Positions 1 to 11,989 of a DNA stretch of 50,837 nt are shown here, in pieces. Each line of letters begins with the position of its first letter. Position 1 is the stretch's first letter. Both the position numbers and the translations under genes were made by a program. Below the pieces are notes generated by a model. That model was not told where the DNA came from. It worked only from the letters and a program-made list of their open reading frames with translations, and searched no databases. The DNA is from Intoshia linei (lineage: Eukaryota; Animalia; Orthonectida), in NCBI GenBank assembly GCA_001642005.1, contig LWCA01000121.1:1-50837 (forward strand), in the 5' to 3' direction.

Positions 1-219
1 TTAGTGCTAGAAATTTTTTAGTGCCATAAAAAATTGCATTTGTCGACTCTAGTGGTATACATAAATGTATATACGCCATACCATGATTTATGATAAATAT
101 TAATAAGTACAATGCGCTTATTAGTAATTCGAGTTGATAATATATTTACATATTAGATTTTTCATTTTTCGAAATTTAGTGCTACAATATTATTATACGA
201 TAATTATATTTACATTTTT

Positions 220-3200
220 AGAGATTTGTGGAGATTTTATTTGCATGAATTTAAATATGATAAGGCTATTGAGCTATGTGAGGTATACGTTTAATAATCG
301 TTCATCAATTAATTTACCTAGAATGATGAAAATATAGATACTATTAATTATCAAAGAGCTTCTTCTCTATTTGATGACAAAGCGTTTTCTTTACCGCTGA
401 CTTATTTAATTTCAATTTTAGATATGAGAAAAGCGCTAAACTTTTTGCCACGGTTAAAATTGATTTCTCTGCAATTGCATTAAGGTTCTTACAACTCGAA
501 AATCAGCATTATTTGCTTGTTTACCTTGAAGAAAAATTCTGCTATAATAATGTACGTACTTAGATTTATAGTTTTTTATTTTAACCAAAAGTATTGACGA
601 GTAGCTTGTATATTTAAAATAATGTGTTGCTAATAATTTCCTAACATTTTCCAGTCTGATCATTAGGGTAGTCTCTTTAAAAAGATTTTAATAATCAGAA
701 TATGGTAAGTGACTTTATCATCACGTTTTTCAAAAAAAATCCCAAATTCAATTGTTTACAATTAATAATTAGTAATTTGTTGTTAATACAATACGACTCT
801 TTTAGGAATGAGTTATTGAAGGTGGATAATATTGCCTAATCTGTGATAACCAGAACCATCAAAATTTATCATGCCACAATAAAATATCCATAATATGGCT
901 AATTTATAGTGATGAATATATGAAATTTTAGACAGTTACAAAAATTACTAATAGTCCCACAATTCTCATTCATAATATATTTCGTAATTTTTTTAATTGC
1001 TGGTTTTGGTGAATTAATTCCAAGTCCTAGTGAATTTATTTATTGTATATTATAAATTCGACAATATAATTCGGTTTTTTTAAAATTATTTAGACTGATA
1101 ATCAAAGCATAGTTTTGTTTTTATGGATTGTTGAACTTTATCTCAGCGAGCTAGATGCATTGATTAGAAACAACTTTGAAGAAAATACTATTTCCGAAAA
1201 AATTATCGAATTTCACAAGTTCTACGAAAAAACAACATTCAAAGTACAAAATGATTTTCATTATTTTTTAAGTTAAGGTGTGGATAGATGAATATAAAGA
1301 TAAAGTATATAACCTCTTCAAATCTCACGGGAATACGGACGAGCTGCTTTATTTTGCAAATTTAATTGGGAGTTCATTTTTATTTGTTCATTTTTCATAT
1401 TATTTTAGACAGCGATATGGTAGTAAATTATTACATTCATCGTGAATATTATCGTAGAGCATTTGAAATATTGAAAAAGCCAGTATCTTGTGTTTTTATA
1501 TGATAAAATATATTTTTGTAGGAAAATGTAAATCTCATGTACGATTATTGTGAGCAAATTGTGTTACATAAATTTGAAATATTAACTGAGTATTGGAAAT
1601 CATTGAACGATACTTTGGATGTTGACAGAATATTAGGAGCACTTTGTTACATACTAGAAAAAAATGTTCAGGTTTTTTATTTTTTAAATTAAATTATTTA
1701 AACCTTATAATTACTTCATTTTAATTATAATTATTTATTCTTGACTCATTATTTTAAAATAATGTAAGATTTTATTTATTTATTTTTTTTTTCATTTTAA
1801 TATATTGTTATATTTTTTAGCTGCCCGTGCTTTGCGAATTTGTTGAATATTGTGTTAAAATCCTAGCATCGACAAATGTCACCTTAAACAATATGTTGAT
1901 ACTAATATATTGCAAAATTGGGTCTAAGGAATTGATGGTGTATCTCAAATGCGAAGAAGTAATAAAGTTTAAAATGTAAATTGTCTGTAATTCAATTGAT
2001 AGAATAACTCCAAATTTCGATACGATCCTCACACGGCACTTCAATATTGCAAAGAATATAAACAAGATGTAGCTATCATGCACCTTTTATCACTACTAAA
2101 CATTTATGAGGAAGCTGTAGATGTTGCTCTTAAAACTGACATCGAACTCGCAAAAACATACGCTACGAAAGCAGAAGGATATGCTCTAAGGAAAAAATTA
2201 TGGATTAAAATCATTCTATATGTTTTAGGTAAATATTTTCACAGTCTACGACACCTTAGAGAAGATTTCGCCAAATTCTTTTTGAGTGTTACCCCTGAAG
2301 ATTATTGTACTTTTAATTGTGAATGTTAAATTTAAAAAATACAGCTTAAATACAGCATTTTGAGATCTGGAATATTACCTAATATAAATTTATACAAAAT
2401 ATTAATCTAATCTAGAAATACTAGTAATTTTTTACTCTCTAAAGATTAGAGCAGGGTTTACTCTAAATTTAACACTCCCGTTAGCCAAATTAATAACATT
2501 ATTAATATCGAACATAATCAATAACAACTTTAATAAATGGTAAAAATGAACATACATGTAGAAGCTTTAAATTCAAATTAACTTAAAATTTAAATATTCC
2601 ACTTAATTGATTCTTAAAGTAAAAATGTACATTATATTCTGTATATTATATTATACTGTATATTCCAATTTGCAAATATAATTTCATTTTTTTATGAAAA
2701 TAATTTTTTGATTAAAAAATTAAAATAGTTTTTCTAGTAGCCCCTGAAATGAATTCTAACATGCCGGATAAGAAACTATATCTTACTACAGTCCATGGTT
2801 CCGCAAACTGTTAATATATTTATAAATTAAGATACTACTCTAAAAAGCGAAAAAGATAGTGACAAAGCTGTATCTAAAGTTATAATGGTTCTCAATGAAT
2901 CTAGTGGTATAGTACAAATTAATGACGTAATTCAATATCTACCTGATTTCTTAACAATAGATAATCTGAAAGTAATAATTTTTAAATATAATATTTTATC
3001 CTAGAATTCAATCATTGATTCTCTCCAACAATACAACAGTTCTATTGAATTGATTAATAAAGATATTTCAAGTCTTAATATTAATTGTAACAAAGTTAAA
3101 AAAATGATTGAAAAATCTCAAAAAAGGTTTAATTAATTACAAACTAACTCTTCAATAATGAATTTCGATAATAGATGGTTTATCAAAAAAATACTTCCTT

Positions 3201-6200
3201 ATTAAAATGCTTAAATAATCATTATTTATCGTGTTTTTTTATAATGAATACAAAAAAAATCCGTCAAATTAAATTAGATGAATTCAAGTACATATTTCTT
3301 TGTATATGCGTTATGTATAAGTATGTTTCTTTTCAAATTAATATTTTGATTTTGTTTAATTTGCAGTAATTTTTTGATTTCAAACGGAAGTTTATAACGA
3401 AAAACTTATTTCGGTAGGATCATGCGGGATGATAATTTTCAAATGTTTTACCTGTAAATCAACAACATTTCGTTAAACGTAGAATGTATAATAAATTTAA
3501 AATGCGGTGATTAATGCATTTTTAATAATGAATATGGTAAAATCTAAGATTCAGCGTTCATTATTGACGAGGTACATTATTAGTAGGTGTATAATGTATT
3601 TAATAGTCTTTTCGTGTATACCAGTTTTGATTTTATTCTTACGAAAAGTCCCGATTTTTGATAATAATTAAATATACAGTTTTTTTACCACGATGACCAA
3701 ACAGCATCATTGCTTACCGCATTTTTGGTTACTTTTTGTAAAAAATAAAAGGGTTGTAAGTAACCACCATATACACTGTATGCATGGATTGTCATCCCTT
3801 ATTTTATATATTTTTATAGATCCTATACAATTTCACCAGATAAAAAATGTTCCTCGTGTGACTGTGAATTGCTGGATATTAATGAATTTTATCTTTTCTC
3901 TTGTTCTCATATTTTTCATACAGATTGTTTGTACGATGAGGTTTATATATCCATTTATTACCTTATACATTTATTTATTATATTATTATATATCATATTA
4001 CCCATTATTAATTATATATACAACTTTTATATTATTAATATTGATGGAATCACTAGTTCATATGAAAATTATTATATTATACATGTACTACAGTTCTAAT
4101 GTTCTCATGAATATAAATTTTATTTTCATAAATATAAATCTATTTTTCATCAATATAAATTTATTTTTCAACAATATAAATTTATTTTTCAAAAATGTAT
4201 ATTTTTAAATGAATGTAATTAACCGTTTACTGTCCGCTGTTCCATTAATGGAACACTAGATTTAATAAAATATAGTGACTAAGTTATATCATGCTTTATT
4301 ATTATAAAGATGAAATTTGGTAAATTAAATTCTCCGCTTTTTCATGGAATTGACATATTTTTATTTTCATAATTAATTATATATACAATTAACGGTTGAA
4401 TATAGCTGAAAAAACATGTAAAAAAATTCATGTTTTGAAATAATATTAAAGTTAATTTAATAAAATAAATTTAATTTTTTACTCTAATAATTAAACTCCA
4501 GATGAATTGTAGTATCAGACAAAAAAAAATACATGAAAATAAGTGCACAGTTAATAGTTATGAGTCGATAAAAATAGGTTCCATTAATGGAATACTCGTA
4601 ATTAGCACGTATTAATGAACTAATTTTATTTCTAAGGTTATTATTATTAGTTAGCAAAATTCATCGTATATTCTTCTCAAATTTATTTCAGAATAGTATC
4701 ATTTCTATGTGCGGACAGTAAACAGTTAATATTAGAAGTTCGATGAAAAAAACAAGTGTAGAAGTGATTAATAATAATTTTACAAGAATTAAAATTTCTA
4801 TGACTAAATTTAAAAGTTTTAATTAAAATGAATACATGTATTAAAATGTATATACTATTAGTACACATTAATTTTCTTGTCTTCTGAAGATCATTTTGAC
4901 TTTCTCCCACATGAATCTATAGATATTGAGAAAAATAGATCGCTCTGTTTTAATTTCTTCTAAAACTAATTGTATATTTGTAACTAAACTAATTCGAGTG
5001 TTAGCCTTAGGACGTATATTATTCAGACGTGATTTTATCACGCTGAATATGTTTTCAATAGGATTCAAGTCAGGACTATAGGGTGGTAAGGATATTTGTT
5101 CTACATTTTCTCTTCTCAAGAAATAAATTATTTCCGCAAAAAGGCATTTTAGCATTCATATATTTTTTTTCTGAAACATTTTATTAGAACAAAAAATATA
5201 AAATAATTAACAGTCCGAAAATTAAAAAGAAAGATTATTCTGATAGAGCTTATTCCAGTTGATATAAATACAAAATTTCAACCCCAGAAATCTACGCATT
5301 GCCGGTGAAAAATAATTTTTAATATATTATCAACCAATATTTTTCAAATATTTCGATTAAAATCAAAAATATAAATATTTATCCTACAATTTCAAAAAAA
5401 TGTGCATTGTACGTCTACACATTTCCAATAAAGACATATGGGTGAAAAATCTATATAATTCATTCCTTCGCAATTTTTTTCATTGCTACGCAATTTTTAA
5501 ATTTCAAATTTTCAAAATATTTTGCATAAACATAACATAACAAACAACACTACAGAAACGTATTTATAAAATACTAACTTAAAATTTTTTAAAGATTCTA
5601 AAAAAGTCACACACACAAAAATCGCGTAGCCTTTTATATAAGTTAGGAATAAACATAAAATTTCAAAAAGGTTTTTAAGATTTTTTTTGAGCCAAACTAT
5701 TAAGGGGGATTTTTAAAAAATTTTTTTTGAACAAACTTTCAATGATGTTTTAAGATTTTTTTTTGAACCAAACATTCAAGAGGGGTTTTTAGTAAAACCC
5801 TTTTTTAAAACTTTACTCTAAACTAAAGTTTTTAAAACCCTTTAGCTAAATCTAAGGTACTAAATATTTTCCCTTTTTTTAGATTGTCAAAAATTTCTTC
5901 TGGGTTTGGTGTAGGGTATTGATCTTTTTTTGTGATCTTATTTAAACTTCTGAAGTCCGTACATAACCTATCTTTACCGTCTTTCCTTTTTACCAACAAA
6001 CAAGGTGATCTAAAATTGTTTTTGTACCCTGATTCTACAGGTTCAGTAATGTCTTTATCGATTAGTTCCAATAGGTAATTTTCAATTTCTTGTCTTTTGT
6101 TCCCCGGTATACTATATAAAGGTCCTTGGACTGCTTTTGCTCTGTCCATTAATTCAATATTTTGTTGAATAAGATTCGTAACTTCAGGTTCAACCGAAAA

Positions 6201-7513
6201 CACCTTTATAAATTCATTTAATAGTCTATCTTTCAATATTTCGGGATTCATTATAAAATCGTCATTTTTATTATAAATCACAGCTAAATCATTACTTATG
6301 ATATCCGTAGATATATTTATGATCGATTTTTCTTTATTAAAATTTAAGATATTTTCCTTAATTTGTAAAATACAATCGTGATTGCATAAAAAATTCATCC
6401 CCAAAATTAAATCAAATTTACTTTTACTGTAAATTTCGAAGTTGGATAAAATAAAAAATTTTTCATAAAAAATCTCGTTATAAAATAATTCTAAAATCGT
6501 AATTTCATTACTATCTACAATATTACCAAAAATACCTTCAATCCTTAGATTTTCCTTGGCAATTATTTTCAAGTTCTAATTTTTTCCCATGAACGAATTT
6601 TCAGAACCAATGTCGATTAAAATTCTCTTCTCCACTCCGTATAACAGCATATTCAATATCATTCCAATGTATTTATTATTTAAAAAAAATACTTTGTTGT
6701 TTTATATTTTGTAACGTAATAAGTTTAATAACAGAAAAATATAAAACAAAATGTATTAATTATTCAACTTTAATGTTTGCATCTTCTGTCACCATAGCGA
6801 CTCTCTACAATATGTGTTGGACAGTGTAATTTTTGGTTTAAATCTTATTTAAATGTTTCGTGAGAATGCAATTATGAAATTAACTTATCGCTTTAATTAA
6901 TTGAAAGATGTAATAAAAACTTTATTTGACATGTAAAACATGTCACTGTTTTTTTGTGAGTAAAAATTTAATAGAATAGTAAAATTACTAATATCACATG
7001 TTTTCAATCTTGAATTATAAAAATATGTATATCGTTAGAATCACAAAAATTAGCTGATTATTTTAAAATATGTTACATTAAGTTTCTATTTGCAATGTTG
7101 GACAGTGTTATTTATTGATTTAGTTTATATTATTGTATTATGTTTGTATAAATGAGTTTCATTGAATTATTATTTATTGTAGATTAAAAAATATGGTTCC
7201 GAAAATATTAATCACAAATTGTTTGAATTAAGACTATCATTTCTCAAAACCAAAGAAGAAATTCAACGAAAGAAATTTAGAGTACATTATAATCATAATT
7301 TTTTTATACATCAATTTAGATTCAAATTGATGAAATATTATGTCAGGAATGTGTTTATTGTGGAAATATTATTATTGAGTAATTTATATTGAATTAATTA
7401 TGCCATTGATAAAGAAATTTCAAAGTTTCCATTGGATTTATAATTATTTGAAATTTAGATTGGTGGACAAACCTTTTGCTGAATTTCATTTTTTAAATCC
7501 AATTAATGAATAA
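220..7513 (+). CDS. VPS18: Vacuolar protein sorting 18 (deep orange) homolog, multi-exon, 5' part probably upstream of window
   Basis: Spliced exons read DLWRFYLHEFKYDKAIELCE, IVLFLWIVELYLSEL, VYNLFKSHGNTDELLYFA, LLNIYEEAVDVALKTDIELAK..LRKKLWIKI, RING-H2 part CSSCDCELLDINEFYLFSCSHIFHTDCLYDE (3820-3940). After a 3.2 kb intron, exons 7183-7281, 7320-7378 and 7459-7513 give EILCQECVYCGNIIIELVDKPF, matching the VPS18 C-terminal ECVYCG..IDRPF motif. Stop TAA 7511-7513. Confidence 0.9.
4110..4200. repeat. 21-bp minisatellite, about 4.3 copies
   Basis: Units like AATATAAATTTATTTTTCA(A/T)N start at 4110, 4131, 4152 and 4173. Confidence 0.85.
4868..5155 (-). mobile_element. Tc1/IS630-superfamily transposase C-terminal fragment in VPS18 intron
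   Basis: LPPYSPDLNPIENIFSVIKSRL is the hallmark motif around the catalytic E of DD34E-type transposases. The N-terminus is missing. Confidence 0.9.
5665..5792. repeat. Degenerate tandem repeat (unit about 35-40 bp) at the truncated end of the gypsy fragment
   Basis: Three imperfect copies of TTTTAAGATTTTTTTTTGA(A/G)CCAAAC... Confidence 0.6.
5832..6665 (-). mobile_element. Ty3/gypsy LTR-retrotransposon pol fragment (protease + N-terminal RT), degenerate
   Basis: Upstream of the ORF, past an in-frame stop, is protease-like ILIDIGSENSF. The ORF has DLILGMNFL, SPCLLVKRKDGKDRLCTDFRSLNKITKKDQYPTP and FSTLDLAKGF, and is truncated before the YxDD motif. Confidence 0.92.
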
Positions 7514-7559
7514 TAATTAATTGCCATAATATATTTAGATTAAATGTTTAATTTTACTT

Positions 7560-8230
7560 TACATGACAAGTATTTGTTCATCTTTATTATTGTTGGGTTC
7601 AACTTAAACTTTAAGATGAATACCATAGATTTGGACATTTTTATCGGACCAAAAATGAGAACTGGTTTGATTATATATGAATATGCGAGGATTATTTAAT
7701 TATGATATGATTAATTAATTAAATATTTGAACTGAACTTTAAATTTTCGTTTCAGTTTTGGGGATGTTTCATCAATCATTGATGATCAATGGTATAATGG
7801 ATCAATAATTTTTACATTTATTTAAATTTAAAAAATTGATTCTATCATGAATTTTTTCAATTTAGGGAAATATTGTAATCTTTATTTTCTATATCACGAT
7901 AGAATATTGATAGTTTACAGTCAAATGTCTTATTAATACTAAAAATTACAACAATTTTTCGCGTACCCTTGAACTTTATGGTTAAGTTCATTTAAATGCA
8001 AGGAAAGGTCAGTAAAAAACATAAAACTAACAATCCAATAGTTGTTATCTTTATATCTTATAAATGTTTTAATTTCTGATAAGCATTCCACAAAGCGTTC
8101 AAGAACTTTAGCTCTACTGAGCCTTTGATATTGATGTACATAAGAAGTTCATTACAACTTGATTCTACTTTTTTTAACATCAAAGTGAATTCTCTTTTGT
8201 GTAAGGCGCGTGCATTAGGGTGTCACACAT
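7560..8230 (-). mobile_element. Degenerate hAT (Buster/SPIN/GTF2IRD2-like) transposase remnant
   Basis: Manual minus-strand translation across frameshifts gives ALHKREFTLMLKKVESSCNELLMY..SRAKVLERFVECLSEIKTF..FMFFTDLSLHLNELNHKVQG..IFYRDIENKD..YFPKLKK, resembling the WLSRGKVLERF and LNELNxKLQG motifs. Not in the ORF track. Confidence 0.75.
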
Positions 8231-9418
8231 ATCAAAGAATCAAGGACAATTAGCACTAAAAGTGTGTATTTTTAAAATAGAAAAACTAATTCGCAATCAA
8301 ACACATTTAACGCTATCTATTCGAGTTGCGTTTGTCATTTTAATTATTACTGTATAAATATTATGGATAAATTAAAACTTAACTTTATTTTAACGGAAAT
8401 TGACGTGTGATATTTTAAACGTGGTACCGACTTTATAATATTGTTCTCCATGTTTAGTTATACAGTTCATTTTTTTAAATTTGTTCCTAAAATTATTTAA
8501 TTTTAAAAGTTTAATTAAAAACTATTTTCTACAATCCCATAATATTTGTTGTCTGAGTAAATTTAATATTTATTCAGTCCAAATATATTATTTTTGACAG
8601 CAATTTTATTTTATAAAAAATCTAAATTTATTTAATTTTTAGTTATTTATGAATCATAAATTATGATACATAATGTAGTGATATATTCGAATCTCGATTA
8701 GTATGATAGCGATATATCACTACACATAATGTATTGAGTTTTATATAATTTTATTTTTAATAACAACGTTCTCAAAGTAGATTATTTTGTATAAATATAA
8801 TAGGAATTTTATGATTTTCCGAAAAAGATTGGTGAACAAATTAAAAAATGTGAATAATAAGCACCATATGGCTAAAATAAGAATATAAAAGTGATAGATA
8901 TTTAAGTGTTTTTATTTGTCATAAATTGGTCTTCACACCAGAGAATATTTTTCAGTCAATTTATTCTTCAGTGTATGATAAATTTCTCTTTCCACAGTGG
9001 ATTTATTTCTGTTTTATCTACAAACCTCAGCTAAGTCTGAATTACTAAAATATACTTCATTTAAATATATTTGCTAATTGAAAATTATTTTTGATGATTT
9101 AAAAATATATTTGATCCTGGAAACCAAATAAAACCGTAGTTAGAATTAAATATTAGATTTGCAAAATTATTGCCTGTTAATAAAACGAGGTCGCCCTAGT
9201 TTATCAAAATCAACGCTTATGCGTCAATAATAATAATAATACTAATTAGTTGAAACCAATTGTTTCCAATCCCAAGTTGGATAATTCCTGTTATCATTCA
9301 AAAAAAATTAAATCTCATCCAGGGTTTACGGAAGGAAATAAATTTATTATAAGAACTTATACTAAATTATGAAAAACAAGTTTTAGTATTTTAAATTTTT
9401 TCATCTTTTTGTTATTTT

Positions 9419-10615
9419 TTATAAATCAGAATTATTGTTATATTGAAAATCGTTATCCTTTATATTGCTTTTGTCCTTTTTTTGGCTAGAATTGTTTTTA
9501 TTTGGCCAGGTTTCGTTTCCTGTATTACAATTATTGATCAAATTTGCAATGTAAGAATTTAAATCATTTTGTTGTGCCAGTTGATTATTTACATTATTTT
9601 CTTGGTTTAACAATAAATTGACATTTTTTGAGTGTTCTATTTGTTTCAATAATTCGGAGTTGGCGTAGTTTTGCAAATTTACGCTTGGTTTAAAGTAGTT
9701 ATTTGATAAAGCAGCCAAGTAATTTTCAAATGGAGGTAAACTTTCATAATTCGGAACTTGTTGAACGATATTAGTAGTGACACTAGGGTTCAATCTGTTT
9801 TTATTTGGTTCAATAAATGTAGATGTATTTGGGTAGTTTCTATAATTTAACTCTGGTATTGGTGCATTTATTGAGGTATTATAACAATTTTTTAGATAAG
9901 GAAGGTTGAAATGCAAATTATAATTATGTTGATAATTTGCTATTGGATTAATACTATTTTTGGGAGTAAAAGCATTAGTTTCACAAAGTTTATACAATTG
10001 AGAGTTCATTTCGTCTATAGAAAAATTTTTATTTTTTTCAAACATTTTCAAATAATTGGCATATCCTAGAGCATTCACGCTCAATTGAGAGTCAAATAGA
10101 GGATTAGTCTGATTGGATGGTGAATTGACAGGTATCATAGATTTTTCTATTTTATTTTTATTTCTATTTCTATAGTGGTTCAAGCTGTTTTTACGTCTTG
10201 GTTTATATTTATAACCAGGGTGAGCTTTTATGTGTACAGCTCTCAATCTCTTAGCTTCGTCTATAAAAGGCGTTTTTTCGCTATCCGGGAGAGTTTTCCA
10301 ATTCAGTCCCAATCGTTTGCTAATCTCAGAGTTGTGCATTTTTGGGTGTTGAGTCGCAATTTTACGTCGCTGTCCTCTGCTCCATACCATGAAAGCATTC
10401 ATCGGTCTTTTAATATGGCCACTATTGGAAGGCAGTGTTGATTGTTCAATGTTCAGTAAACTGTCATTTGGGCGAAAAATCGCTTGAGAACTTTTTTTTA
10501 AATTATTCTCTTCATTTTCTTGTAAATCTGGCAAAATCAAACATTTAGACACAGAAGAATTATTATCTTTCACGTCAGCTTTCACCGACTCTTGTTGTAA
10601 ATTTTCTTGTTTCAT
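9419..10615 (-). CDS. SoxB-group HMG-box transcription factor, intronless
   Basis: HMG box [64 protein letters not shown]. First ATG at 10615; Asn-rich C-terminus. A single exon is typical of SoxB genes. Confidence 0.93.
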   Translation of the reverse strand: MKQENLQQESVKADVKDNNSSVSKCLILPDLQENEENNLKKSSQAIFRPNDSLLNIEQSTLPSNSGHIKRPMNAFMVWSRGQRRKIATQHPKMHNSEISKRLGLNWKTLPDSEKTPFIDEAKRLRAVHIKAHPGYKYKPRRKNSLNHYRNRNKNKIEKSMIPVNSPSNQTNPLFDSQLSVNALGYANYLKMFEKNKNFSIDEMNSQLYKLCETNAFTPKNSINPIANYQHNYNLHFNLPYLKNCYNTSINAPIPELNYRNYPNTSTFIEPNKNRLNPSVTTNIVQQVPNYESLPPFENYLAALSNNYFKPSVNLQNYANSELLKQIEHSKNVNLLLNQENNVNNQLAQQNDLNSYIANLINNCNTGNETWPNKNNSSQKKDKSNIKDNDFQYNNNSDL

Positions 10616-11989
10616 TGATCTAAATCGAAATTGAAACAAGGAAAGTAAATTTTGAAAATGTAAATGAAAAAGTTATTATTAAATACTCATCTATTAAATA
10701 CACGTCAAATCTAAACTCACAAAACAAATACTCTTAAAAGAGAATCAATATTATTACAAAATGCGTTAATTTGTCACTTTGTAGTTAGTGTCAATCGTTA
10801 TTCCTCTTTAGTGTTCTTTCCAAGTCTTGTCTAAATGATAATGTACATAGAAATACGCCCAATAACCAGTTGGATGGAATCCAGTTTGTACAATAAATTT
10901 TAATAACTTGATTCAAAAGTATAACTCGTTTAAATAGATGTACTATGGAATAATTTATTTCCCGTTAAAATGGTTGATCAACTTAAATAATATAATTTAC
11001 AAATAATTGAATTTAAGTATATCACTACATTTGTAACAACAATAGGAAATATGCAAAATTATATTAGTCTTTTGTTTTATAACTTGTAATAATTATTTCA
11101 TTATAGTTAAACTCAATAAAGGAAATGTAAAGAAACAAATAAAAATATATACAATAGATTTGTATGTGGGCAATTGATTGATATAAAACTGCGACTTTAG
11201 TATTAATTTATATAAATAAACAATTGTATGCCTTTACAATTTTTATCTCGAACACGAATGTGTGAGAATACGTTCTAAATTAATGCACGATTACATGATT
11301 ACATTTGACTATATCTAATACTGTTTATACGTTAAAATTGAATTATTCAAAATGCAATTAATCATGTAGTTTTCCAATAATGATTTTTATTGTACTTGGT
11401 TATATATTATACTAACAATTGAATTGTTATAAGATTAATATTTATCTATTTCCAGCTGGTGATTTACCAACTTAACATTCAAATTTAGCACAATTTAGAA
11501 TTGAAATATGGTTAATTGCAGCATATAGAAAAAACTAAATAAATTTAAAATATAAACAATAGCGCTTAAATGTATGTATTATAGGTATTCTATTATACAT
11601 GCATTTATTAATAATAAATAAAGTATTATTTTTATATTTATGTAGCAGGTTTGTTTTATAAATGAATTATCGAAACCTTGGGGCTATCTTAATTTTGTAA
11701 TTTGATTAAACTTATCATTGAACAGTACGTATGTTAATGTCATATTGTCTGCTGAAGCAAGTGTAAAATTCATTATGCAATTATTTGTATTCATTTTTTC
11801 AAGAACCATCAATGCTGCTGTAATGTCACATCAAATGAGACTCAAACTAACTATTCCAATATAAGAAATAATTTTCTTTATTAAGTATACTCAGAGTGCT
11901 CTTTACTTAATAACCAAAATATTTAATAAAAAATAATAATATGTATGCCAATTATTTCATAATTTTGACAATTACATGGAGGGTATATT

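Noticed and set aside
805-900. Minus-strand INFDGSGYHR..NII resembling a Tc1/IS630 second-Asp motif
   Set aside because: Too short and degraded to support.
2452-2746. Possible hAT MITE (CAGGGTTTACT ... AGTAGCCCCTG)
   Set aside because: The TIR is short with mismatches and the flanks do not form a TSD.
4110-4200. Regularly spaced repeats resembling a CRISPR array
   Set aside because: Contiguous 21-bp units with no unique spacers, eukaryotic context, no cas genes.
3693-4208. 171-aa hydrophobic ORF
   Set aside because: An off-frame overlap with a VPS18 exon plus AT-rich intron and minisatellite; its I/F/Y/N-rich composition is typical of spurious ORFs.
5380-5645. Possible LTR of the gypsy fragment (TATA-like TATATAAAAG on the minus strand)
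   Set aside because: No second LTR, PBS or clear polypurine tract found.
10175-10441. Antisense ORFs over real genes (also 25715, 27284, 30484, 31330, 41932, 44236, 46526, 46984)
   Set aside because: Shadow ORFs opposite genuine coding exons, with no recognisable motifs.
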